Positions 1-8,448 of a stretch of 64,000 nucleotides of DNA are shown here, piece after piece. Made by a program: the position numbers and the translations under genes. Each line of letters opens with the position of its first letter. Position 1 is the first letter of the stretch. Under the pieces are notes generated by a model, which saw only the letters and a program-made list of their open reading frames with translations, did no database searches and had not been told where the DNA came from. Source of the DNA: Bdellovibrionota bacterium FG-1 (lineage in GTDB: Bacteria > Bdellovibrionota > UBA1018); the NCBI GenBank assembly GCA_051382295.1, contig JBBCAW010000062.1, forward strand, positions 32,001 to 96,000, given 5' to 3'.

Positions 1-1
1 C

Positions 2-496
2 CGCCAAGACCCCGATTACATTCTCGTGGGCGAGCTTCGCGACGCCGAAACCATCGAAATGGCCCTTACCATGGCCGAGACGGGTCATCTTGTCTTCGCG
101 ACCCTACACACCAACGGTGCGGTGCAATCCATTAACCGCCTGATCAACGCGTTTCCACCTCATCAACAGGCCCAGATTCGCCAGCTTCTCTCCTTCACGC
201 TCCAAGCCATTGTCTCGCAGATGCTCATCCCCAAAAGCTATGAACCCGGTCGGGCGATGGCTTGCGAAATCCTGATCCCGACCATGGGAATTCGAAATCT
301 CATACGGGAAGACAAGATCCACCAAGTTTACTCGGCTATGCAGACCGGGCAGGACGACTCCGGAATGCAAACGATGAATCAAAATCTGGTCACTCACGTC
401 CGCACCGGCGCGCTCTCCAAACAAGATGCGATCGAAAACAGCACTATGGCTGACGAATTGACCAAGATGCTGGCTTCTATAACGGATAAAAAATAG
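2..496 (+). CDS. pilT: Type IV pilus retraction ATPase PilT (C-terminal part, truncated by window start)
   Basis: Frame is open from base 2 (RQDPDYILVGELRD, Walker B region). AETGHLVFATLHT His-box and AIRNLIRE-like GIRNLIRE motif; directly followed by pilC. Confidence 0.92.
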   Translation, partial: RQDPDYILVGELRDAETIEMALTMAETGHLVFATLHTNGAVQSINRLINAFPPHQQAQIRQLLSFTLQAIVSQMLIPKSYEPGRAMACEILIPTMGIRNLIREDKIHQVYSAMQTGQDDSGMQTMNQNLVTHVRTGALSKQDAIENSTMADELTKMLASITDKK

Positions 497-519
497 AACA
501 GGAATCCTAACCGCCGCCC

Positions 520-1728
520 ATGCCACAATTTCAATATCAAGGAATCAACAAAGCAGGCAAAAAGGTAAACGGCAGCGTTGAGGCCGGTTCAGACGGCGAT
601 CTGCGCATGATTCTCCGAAGCCAGGGCATTCGCCCCACCAAAATCAACAAGGGTAATGTTCTGAATACGGACCTGGGCACGATGTTTAGAAGCGGTGGGT
701 CCGTCTCGCTCGAAGTCCTAGTGGGTTTTACCCGCCAACTGCAGGTCTTGATCAGCTCAGGCATTCCGATCGTGCAAGCGCTTGAGATTCTTTTAGAACA
801 GGCCTCCGATGGTACAATGAGATCGACCGTCGCGATTCTTAAAGAAAAGGTCTCCAGTGGCTCCTACTTTTGGGAGGCGCTCAGTGGCTTTCCAAAAATT
901 TTCCCAAAGCTTTATATCGCGCTTATTAAAGCCGGCGAAGCCTCCGGTTCGATTGATCAAATGCTCAAACGCCTGAGTCGCTACCTGGAAGATGCCGATC
1001 GGCTCCGCAAAATGCTCAAAAGCGCTATGGTGTATCCCATCGCCGTCGTCTCCATCGGCATCGGCGTCATTACGCTGATGTTGGTTTTTGTGATTCCAAA
1101 GTTCGAAGAACTTCTAGCGACTAACGGCCAAACCTTGCCCGCGCCCACCCAACTGGTCATCAACATGTCCCATTTTATGATCCACAACATCGCCTATATC
1201 CTGGGCATTAGCGGTGTGTGTATTTATTTGCTCATTCAATACGCCAAATCCGACGAAGGCCGGGCGATGATCGACCGTACCTTTTACCATGTGCCTCTTT
1301 TTGGCACTATTATGCAAAAGGGCGGAGTGGCTCGTTTTTCCCGCACGATGCAAACGCTACTTGCCTCCGGGGTCAACATCATCGATGCCATCGATATTTG
1401 CAAGGCCACCATCGACAACGCAGTCATTGAACAAGCCGTTTCGAAAATGCGCGCTGATGTCGAAAGCGGGAAAACCCTGGGTGTGGTCATCGCCAAAACG
1501 GGAGTTTTTCCGAAAATGGCCGTTCAAATGATCTCCGTAGGGGAAAGCACCGGCAATCTCGACAAAATGCTCGAAAAAGTCGCGGACTTTTACGAAGCTG
1601 AGGTCGAAAACCTGATTGGTGGGCTCACCAAACTCATTGAGCCGCTCATCCTCGTTTTTTTGGGGACTACCGTCGGTGGCTTAATGATTGCGATGTATCT
1701 TCCGATTTTAAAGATGGCAGGGAGTTAA
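520..1728 (+). CDS. pilC: Type IV pilus inner-membrane platform protein PilC (GspF family)
   Basis: Two GspF repeats (FTRQL..LISSGIPI, AGEASGSID, VGESTGNLD) and C-terminal IAMYLP; located after pilT. Confidence 0.95.
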   Translation: MPQFQYQGINKAGKKVNGSVEAGSDGDLRMILRSQGIRPTKINKGNVLNTDLGTMFRSGGSVSLEVLVGFTRQLQVLISSGIPIVQALEILLEQASDGTMRSTVAILKEKVSSGSYFWEALSGFPKIFPKLYIALIKAGEASGSIDQMLKRLSRYLEDADRLRKMLKSAMVYPIAVVSIGIGVITLMLVFVIPKFEELLATNGQTLPAPTQLVINMSHFMIHNIAYILGISGVCIYLLIQYAKSDEGRAMIDRTFYHVPLFGTIMQKGGVARFSRTMQTLLASGVNIIDAIDICKATIDNAVIEQAVSKMRADVESGKTLGVVIAKTGVFPKMAVQMISVGESTGNLDKMLEKVADFYEAEVENLIGGLTKLIEPLILVFLGTTVGGLMIAMYLPILKMAGS

Positions 1729-1734
1729 CAGCCT

Positions 1735-2772
1735 ATGAATCGTCCTATTCTTGGCGAGTCCAAGCCTGTTAAGCAAATGATGGAGATGATCAAACGGGTC
1801 GCTCCGGCAAAAACCAACGTCCTCATCATCGGAGAAAGCGGAACCGGCAAGGAACTCGTGGCCCGCATGATCCATGAAAGCGGCCCCCTGCAAGGCAAGC
1901 CGTTTGTTCCGGTCAATTGTGGCGCCATTCCGGAGAATTTGATTGAAAGCGAAATGTTTGGTCACAAAAGGGGAAGCTTTACCGGGGCGGTGAACGAAAA
2001 AGAGGGCCTGTTCGAAGCCGCTAACGGGGGCACCCTATTTTTAGACGAAGTCGGGGAACTTCCCCTCAATATGCAGGTTAAGCTTTTACGAGCGATACAA
2101 GAAAGATCCTTTCGAAAAGTCGGAGGCAATGACGACATCAAAGTGGAATTGCGGATCATCGCCGCCACGAACCGCAATCTCGAATCTGCGGTCGCCGCCG
2201 GCACCTTCCGCGAAGATCTGTATTATCGACTCAACGTGATCCTCATCACGACCCCGCCGCTGCGCGAACGACGGGGGGATGTTAAGCTTCTTTCAGAGGC
2301 CTTTTTGAAACGTTCTGCCGCGAAGATCGGCAAACCCATTGTGGGCATCAACTCCGATGCATTAGCCGCGATGGAAGGCTACGCTTGGCCCGGCAATGTA
2401 CGTGAGCTCGAAAATGTTTTAGAACGCGCCATCACCCTGGAACCCGGTCCCCACATTTCAATCACGGCTCTGCCAGAATCTATCCGCTCTGCGGCCTTGC
2501 ATCGTGCCGAGCAGGTGCCCAAAACAGGGGAAGCCGCCCTCGTGCCGATTCAATTACCCGCCCCTTATTTTTCGAATGGCCCGCTCAACCTAGATGAAAT
2601 TCTCGGACGAGTCGAACGAATCTATCTCAACGCAGCGATCCAAGAGGCCGGAGGCAGCAAGAAAAAGGCAGCTACCCTACTCGGCATCACTTTTAGAAGT
2701 ATCCGCTATCGCCTGCAAAAACAGGGGGTCATAGCTGACCCCGATGGAGAGCCAGATCCTGATTCGGAATAG
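1735..2772 (+). CDS. Sigma-54-dependent enhancer-binding protein, PilR-like, with no receiver domain
   Basis: GESGTGKE Walker A, GSFTGA loop, GTLFLDEV, FREDLYYRLNV, WPGNVRELEN and a C-terminal Fis-type HTH. The ORF begins directly at the AAA domain. Confidence 0.9.
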   Translation: MNRPILGESKPVKQMMEMIKRVAPAKTNVLIIGESGTGKELVARMIHESGPLQGKPFVPVNCGAIPENLIESEMFGHKRGSFTGAVNEKEGLFEAANGGTLFLDEVGELPLNMQVKLLRAIQERSFRKVGGNDDIKVELRIIAATNRNLESAVAAGTFREDLYYRLNVILITTPPLRERRGDVKLLSEAFLKRSAAKIGKPIVGINSDALAAMEGYAWPGNVRELENVLERAITLEPGPHISITALPESIRSAALHRAEQVPKTGEAALVPIQLPAPYFSNGPLNLDEILGRVERIYLNAAIQEAGGSKKKAATLLGITFRSIRYRLQKQGVIADPDGEPDPDSE

Positions 2773-2777
2773 GGCAG

Positions 2778-3713
2778 TCAACCCACCAAAACTTTCCCGG
2801 CGTCCTTGGCATCTTGGTCAATCTGCGTTTTAAGCTCTGCCATCCCGGAAAAACGGCGTTCATCGCGCAGGCGGCGCACAAAACGCACTTCCAGCTCTTT
2901 GCCGTAAAGATCAATCGTCGTATTCAAGAGATGCGTTTCTACCAAGGCCGGCAACTCCGGCCCTTCGCCCTGAAACGTTGGCCGCACTCCGATATTAGTG
3001 ACGCTCGCGAAAGACTGCCCTTCAAGCACAGCCCGCGTGGCATAAACGCCATAAGGCAGGGTGAGTTTGTTTTCGAGTCGGAGATTCGCCGTAGGAAATC
3101 CTATTTTTCGGCCACGGCCCTCGCCTTTAACAACGATGCCCCGATAAAAGAACTCACGTCCTAAAAGGGCATTCGCCAATTCGATTTCGCCGGCTCGCAA
3201 ATGCTGACGAATCCGAGAACTCGACACCACTTCTGCCCCAATCCGGTGCGGTGCAACCACTACCAGCTCCACACCCGCGCTCCGGCAAAATTCTTCAAGC
3301 GCCTCAAGCGTCCCTGCGCGTTCTTTGCCAAACGCGAAATCATAACCAACGACTATCGCCTCAGCGGACAGCCGGCGCAAAATGACGTCTGTAAAAAATT
3401 CGTGCGGTGCCACAGTGGAAAATTCACGACTAAATGGCTCCTCAATCACGCAGTCCAAGCCCGCTTTCGCTAAGAGCTCGAGCTTTTCATCATAAGTGTT
3501 CAGTAATTGAACCTCAGCCGCCGGACGAAGCGCCACCTGAGGATGCGGCCGAAATGTATAGGCAACCGCTATTCCTCCTCGAACACGAGCCTTTTCTACC
3601 GCCAAACGAATGATGTGTTGATGACCAAGATGAACTCCGTCAAAATTGCCAATCGTCAGCACAGGATGAGGCAAACTTTTAGTGAGGTGCTGAATTCCAT
3701 GAATCAATTCCAT
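2778..3713 (-). CDS. ribF: Bifunctional riboflavin kinase/FAD synthetase
   Basis: GNFDGVHLGH, VSSSRIR, GRKIGFPTAN and NIGVRPT motifs. Confidence 0.96.
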   Translation of the reverse strand: MELIHGIQHLTKSLPHPVLTIGNFDGVHLGHQHIIRLAVEKARVRGGIAVAYTFRPHPQVALRPAAEVQLLNTYDEKLELLAKAGLDCVIEEPFSREFSTVAPHEFFTDVILRRLSAEAIVVGYDFAFGKERAGTLEALEEFCRSAGVELVVVAPHRIGAEVVSSSRIRQHLRAGEIELANALLGREFFYRGIVVKGEGRGRKIGFPTANLRLENKLTLPYGVYATRAVLEGQSFASVTNIGVRPTFQGEGPELPALVETHLLNTTIDLYGKELEVRFVRRLRDERRFSGMAELKTQIDQDAKDAGKVLVG

Positions 3714-3716
3714 GAT

Positions 3717-4037
3717 CTATCTCTTAAAACTGTAACCGCATTGGTCGACTTCAGAGTCTCGCGCATCAAAAGGATAATTACGGCAATTGGTCGGCCGCAG
3801 TTCGCCGTACACACGGCAATAAGGCATGTTTTGGCCATCCCGCCCCAAAAAAGGACAACGAAAAAGTAGCTCACAACAGGCGCCACAGCGCTTGCATTCA
3901 CCGGAGCGCGTCGAATCAATGGCCTTTTGGATATGGCCAGGATTAAAGTTTCCAATGAAAAACCGGCGCCATTTACGAAGAAATTGCCCCAGCAAGTTGC
4001 GCTTCTCTACCCGCTGTTCATACCATTTCAAAATCAT
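3717..4037 (-). CDS. Small Cys-rich putative Fe-S/Zn-binding protein (YkgJ-like)
   Basis: CKRCGACC, C..Y..RP..CR.YPF pattern; ends 3 bp before the ribF start. Confidence 0.7.
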   Translation of the reverse strand: MILKWYEQRVEKRNLLGQFLRKWRRFFIGNFNPGHIQKAIDSTRSGECKRCGACCELLFRCPFLGRDGQNMPYCRVYGELRPTNCRNYPFDARDSEVDQCGYSFKR

Positions 4038-4233
4038 CGCAATGAGTTAGCCAAAAAAGAGGGTGTGAGTCAAGCTGTCAAGTAGCCGGTGCACGGAAAC
4101 CTCAGTCCTAATTGTCCAGTACGCCCCCAGTAACGCAGCAAGTCGGACCCCACAAAGCTCAACAGTAGCCATTGATTTTCATGCACAAAAAGAGCAATTT
4201 GAAAGGAACGTTTAATCAAGATGGCGAGGAATA

Positions 4234-5031
4234 ATGATCATCACGGTAGCTAATCAAAAAGGCGGAGTGGGAAAAACCACCACCACCATGAATATCGGCG
4301 TCGCGCTCGCTCGCGAGGGTAAGCGAGTACTATTGATCGATGCTGATCCTCAGGCCAACCTCACCAGCTATCTGGGTGTGACCCCTGGAGAACCCCCACA
4401 CGAAGATATTGGAACCCTGGATGAGGTGTTTTTGGCAAAACGCCCACTAGACGCCGCTGGCCGCAAACGCCTGATTGCAAACACTGCTTCAGGGGTAGAC
4501 CTCGTCGCCTGCGATAAGGCGCTCGCAGGGGTGGAGTACTATCTTTTTTCCAGACCCGATCGCGAACAGGTTCTCGCCCGGTTTCTTGCGGCTGTTCGCA
4601 GCGACTACGACTTTATTTTCTTGGACACGCCCCCGAGCCTGAATCTTCTGACTCTCAATGCCCTTTGCGCCAGTGATGGCGTGATCATACCCGTTCAACC
4701 CGAGTTTTTCAGCCTCGAGGGAATCGTCAAAATCCGCGAGAGTATCGAAGATGTCCAAAAACGCTGGAACCGGAACCTCCGGATTTTGGGTGTCCTCCCC
4801 ACCCAAGTGTCCCATCGGCGTAAACTCACTCAAGAGGTCATCGACACCCTCAAGGCCGAGTTAGGACCTATTTTATTTGAAAGCGCGATTCATGATAACT
4901 CCGCCGTAACTGAAAGCTCAGGACATGCACAATCCGTGATTGAATATGACCGAAGCTCGCGTGGCGCCAAAGATTATATGGCCGCTGCCCGCGAACTCCT
5001 TGTCCGTTGCCAAAAGGAAGCCTCACTATGA
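4234..5031 (+). CDS. ParA/Soj-family ATPase
   Basis: [10 protein letters not shown] deviant Walker [22 protein letters not shown] upstream. Confidence 0.93.
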   Translation: MIITVANQKGGVGKTTTTMNIGVALAREGKRVLLIDADPQANLTSYLGVTPGEPPHEDIGTLDEVFLAKRPLDAAGRKRLIANTASGVDLVACDKALAGVEYYLFSRPDREQVLARFLAAVRSDYDFIFLDTPPSLNLLTLNALCASDGVIIPVQPEFFSLEGIVKIRESIEDVQKRWNRNLRILGVLPTQVSHRRKLTQEVIDTLKAELGPILFESAIHDNSAVTESSGHAQSVIEYDRSSRGAKDYMAAARELLVRCQKEASL

Positions 5032-5234
5032 CCCCCGCCAAACGAATGGGACGCAATCCCTTTGAAAAGAAACATCTCCCTACCCCCTCCGCAAAATCGC
5101 GCGCCTCGCTCACCCCTCACGCCCCAGGATCATTCTGTCCCGTGCGATGGGTAGCGATCGAACTCCCGACCCAAGTCATTATGCTCGGACTCAAATCACT
5201 GCTAGTGATGAAGTACCTCATCGGAGGCATCTAA
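5028..5234 (+). CDS. Small hypothetical protein translationally coupled to the ParA-family gene
   Basis: ATGA overlap with the ParA stop; basic N-terminus KRMGRNPF and a hydrophobic C-terminus. Confidence 0.6.
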   Translation: MTPAKRMGRNPFEKKHLPTPSAKSRASLTPHAPGSFCPVRWVAIELPTQVIMLGLKSLLVMKYLIGGI

Positions 5235-5379
5235 AACTGTAGGGGATCCCCCACGGTTTTGGTTTGCAAACCCTACAGTGGGCCAAAAACTCAGTTCAGC
5301 TCTTTTTTTATTTTTAAAAAAGACATCTACTTTCAATTAGTTACATACAAACTCCCTGAATTTAAACCTTACGCCGGTT

Positions 5380-5395
5380 TGGCATTAAGCTTGCT
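5380..5395 (+). promoter_or_regulatory. Sigma-54 (-24/-12) promoter
   Basis: TGGCAT-TAAGC-TTGCT matches TGGCAC-N5-TTGCW, 45 bp before the 979-aa gene. A near-IHF site TTTCAATTAGTTA lies at 5331-5343. Confidence 0.75.
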
Positions 5396-5440
5396 CTAGC
5401 GCTGGCTCGTTGCGTTAATTTTAAACCAAAGGAGTATCCC

Positions 5441-8380
5441 ATGAAATCCCGTTTTAATAGCCCGCTCATCTTCATCAGCCTAGCCAGCTTGCTCTCACTC
5501 AGTCTGCAGGGCTGTGGCAGCTCAAAAAGTTCGGACACCCCGGCTCTCTCTGATAGCTCGTCACCCACCCCCGCTAGCCAAGCTCAATCCGCCGAAAGTG
5601 CAAAATCAGCCTGGAAAATGCCGGACGAAACCTCTGACTCAGCCAAATTGTCTTCTAACACACGTTCGCTGATCACCGCCCTCTCTTCGGATGCCAACAT
5701 CAACCGATTTTCTCCTCCAGCCTACGTCATGGCCAGCCGCTACGTTAAAGAACTCGCCATTCGCGAAGGACAAGACGGTGGATTCTCAGGGGAACAGGCC
5801 TTTCAGCAACTTATCCCCACCTCGTCCGATCCATCCACCAGTCTCCAAACCATTCAAACGAAGCAAGCCGATGCCAAATTTGCCATGCAGCTCCCGATCG
5901 TCATGTCGGCTAATCAAAGCGATGAACTCAGATCATTAGTACTCCAACCCGATCGGAATGGAGCCGCCTTCAAGCCCTTTAGCACGATTGACAGGCTCGC
6001 CCTCGGCGCCGCGGCCGAAGCATCCCGCCTAGGCGTAGCCGAAGTGATTCAAGAATGGAGTACGTATGCCGAAGGCTTAGCGAAATCCTTCTTGGCCACC
6101 CGGCTTCAAGAGCTATCAGGGTCGGAACTACAGCAGTGGGAATCCTTTCTTCAAACTCCACCTGACCAAGTCGAACCAATCCTGAGTCACCAAGTTCAAA
6201 AATGGGTCGACGAAATACCCGTCACCATGGATAATCCGGAGCGGGTAAAGCCCGTCAAAGCCGCCATCTTTAACTACCTTTTCAAGGCCTCACTCGAACA
6301 AATTCGCTCGCAGCAAACCTTGCAAGATTTTATCAAGGCCCAGGGCAACTCAAATACGAATGAAATATCCCACCAATTAGCCGGGATTGCTAAAACATTT
6401 GTGGAATTTTCAGATGTTTCCCAGGAACACTTAAATTCGATTAAAAAACAGCAAACCGAAATTCAAGCCGGCTTAAAAAAACTAGAAGAAGAAGCTGCGA
6501 CCGAAGCCAAGAGAAGTGAAACATCCACACCAGAAGAGAAAAATGAGGCCCTCTCGATTTCCGGCGCCACCGGTTTTTTAAATCAATTTTTATCGGGGCA
6601 AAAGACCCTCCAAGAAATGGAGGACTATCTCACAAGTCAAAAATTTAAAAAGATGCCCAAAGATCTGGAAAATAAGATTGAAGAAAAAATTAACCTCATC
6701 AGTAAAGCAAAGGGCGTAGAAGCCAAAGTCGGAAACCTCTTGAACGGCGCTGAAGACCTAGTCAACATTGCAAAAACGTTTGGTTTGCCCGAAAATATTA
6801 CCCAAATGGCACAAAAAGGCATTGACCTTGGCAATCAGGCTGCAACCGCCGTCCAATCGATTCTTGAAGGAAATATGATCAAGGCCGCCGGATCGGTTCT
6901 CGGAATGCTGGGCATAGGTGGACCTGACATCGCACAACAAAGACAAGAGCAGGTCATGAAAGGACTGGGCGCAATTCAAAATGGCCAAAAAGAAATCCTG
7001 AACGGCGAAAAGACCCTTGCCCTCGGGGAAAACATGATTATGAGCAGCCAACAGGAGCTCCTCGAATACAATAAGACCATTCTTGATAATCAAAAATCGA
7101 TCATTCAAAACCAAAAGGCCACGTTTGAGGGCCTCCAACAGCTCTCAATCCAAGCCGATGAAGGATTCAACAAGATTCAAACCAGTTTGGATGCTCTGCA
7201 TATCGACGTCAAAACGCTTATTGAACTTGTTGAAAATCTGTCCAAAGTAGAAATTGTCAAATGCGACGCGTTTTTTGATGCTCGAAAAAAGGTCAGCCAC
7301 GGCTATGATGAACAACTGTCGCTCTTTGTCTCTTTTGGGGGCTTCGAGGAACATTTCAACCACAATCTGGACGAATTCAATAAATGTAATAGTGGTTTGA
7401 CTTCATTTATCAACACTCCAAACTGGGCTTCGAATTTTCTAAAATTGAGTAGGGTTGATGAAACCAAGAATCAAGAACTGCTAAAAAAGGTCTATCGCCC
7501 CACGTTAGCGCTGATGAATCAATCCAGAACCGCTACGGACACCCTCAGTCAACTCAGCCTAATGATGCCCCCCCGAAATCTATCGAAATTGGTAGAAAAA
7601 GAACTCATTTTAGCAGCCGCAGAGAAACTCCCCTCAACCATGGCCGATAGCGTCTATAATCCCAGCCTTCTTGCAGAACCCTTAGTGGTCGAGGAAATTA
7701 TCAAGGATGTCCGCTCCTGGCTCTCCCTCTATTTCTACTCCGATTTTTCACCGATTGCAGGACAGGGCCTATCCGACCTCAACCAACTGCTTCAGGCGCG
7801 ACCCACTGAGTTCTTAAACTCACGCTCCCAAAGCATGTTCAGTAATGCCCTTAAGCTGGTTAATTTAGGCATCGCTCAAGAATCGATCATCAGTGGCGAC
7901 AACTTAGTGGATCAGCTCTACAGAAGATTTCCCGTCAATCAAGCGGTCGACTGTTCAGATCCGGCTGGAAAAAACTGGGAAAAACCCCTTTGTGTGCTCG
8001 AGCATAATAGCTATCTTGCTGAAAACCTGGTCAAATACGGAATCAAGCAAGATCTCGAGAAAAGTGGATCCAACTTGCTGATCTACGATTACGCCAAAGC
8101 CATGCAACTTGACGCCAGCACGCTCAGATCCATCACCAGCAATCACTGGAACTTCGTCCGAGACGGTGACCATTGGGCCGTAGCCTTTGGCAAACACAAC
8201 GTGAAACTTCCAAGCTCAATCGAGCTTCAAGATGATCAAGTGGTTTATCGCGCTCAAATGAGCGAGCTACTTAGCCTTCGAGACCAACTCACCGCAGTCA
8301 TGCTCGAAGTAAATACCCAACCTTGGCTGAGCCAAGACCTCAAGAGAGATTTATATTACCTTCTTCTGAAATCTCTCTAA
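5441..8380 (+). CDS. Large hypothetical lipoprotein with coiled-coil heptad region
   Basis: 979-aa ORF, AAGGAG SD, signal peptide with LQGC lipobox, Ser/Pro linker, heptad run NGQKEIL-NGEKTLA-...-DNQKSII-QNQKATF. Confidence 0.85.
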   Translation: MKSRFNSPLIFISLASLLSLSLQGCGSSKSSDTPALSDSSSPTPASQAQSAESAKSAWKMPDETSDSAKLSSNTRSLITALSSDANINRFSPPAYVMASRYVKELAIREGQDGGFSGEQAFQQLIPTSSDPSTSLQTIQTKQADAKFAMQLPIVMSANQSDELRSLVLQPDRNGAAFKPFSTIDRLALGAAAEASRLGVAEVIQEWSTYAEGLAKSFLATRLQELSGSELQQWESFLQTPPDQVEPILSHQVQKWVDEIPVTMDNPERVKPVKAAIFNYLFKASLEQIRSQQTLQDFIKAQGNSNTNEISHQLAGIAKTFVEFSDVSQEHLNSIKKQQTEIQAGLKKLEEEAATEAKRSETSTPEEKNEALSISGATGFLNQFLSGQKTLQEMEDYLTSQKFKKMPKDLENKIEEKINLISKAKGVEAKVGNLLNGAEDLVNIAKTFGLPENITQMAQKGIDLGNQAATAVQSILEGNMIKAAGSVLGMLGIGGPDIAQQRQEQVMKGLGAIQNGQKEILNGEKTLALGENMIMSSQQELLEYNKTILDNQKSIIQNQKATFEGLQQLSIQADEGFNKIQTSLDALHIDVKTLIELVENLSKVEIVKCDAFFDARKKVSHGYDEQLSLFVSFGGFEEHFNHNLDEFNKCNSGLTSFINTPNWASNFLKLSRVDETKNQELLKKVYRPTLALMNQSRTATDTLSQLSLMMPPRNLSKLVEKELILAAAEKLPSTMADSVYNPSLLAEPLVVEEIIKDVRSWLSLYFYSDFSPIAGQGLSDLNQLLQARPTEFLNSRSQSMFSNALKLVNLGIAQESIISGDNLVDQLYRRFPVNQAVDCSDPAGKNWEKPLCVLEHNSYLAENLVKYGIKQDLEKSGSNLLIYDYAKAMQLDASTLRSITSNHWNFVRDGDHWAVAFGKHNVKLPSSIELQDDQVVYRAQMSELLSLRDQLTAVMLEVNTQPWLSQDLKRDLYYLLLKSL

Positions 8381-8386
8381 GGTTAT

Positions 8387-8437
8387 AAAAAGGCCTCTCT
8401 GAGTGTCGGGATACTCCAGAGAGGCCTTTATTTTTTT
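8387..8437. terminator. Bidirectional rho-independent terminator
   Basis: AAAGGCCTCTCTG...CAGAGAGGCCTTT long stem with A-tract and T-tract on either side, between convergent genes. Confidence 0.85.
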
Positions 8438-8448
8438 AAAAAAATTAC

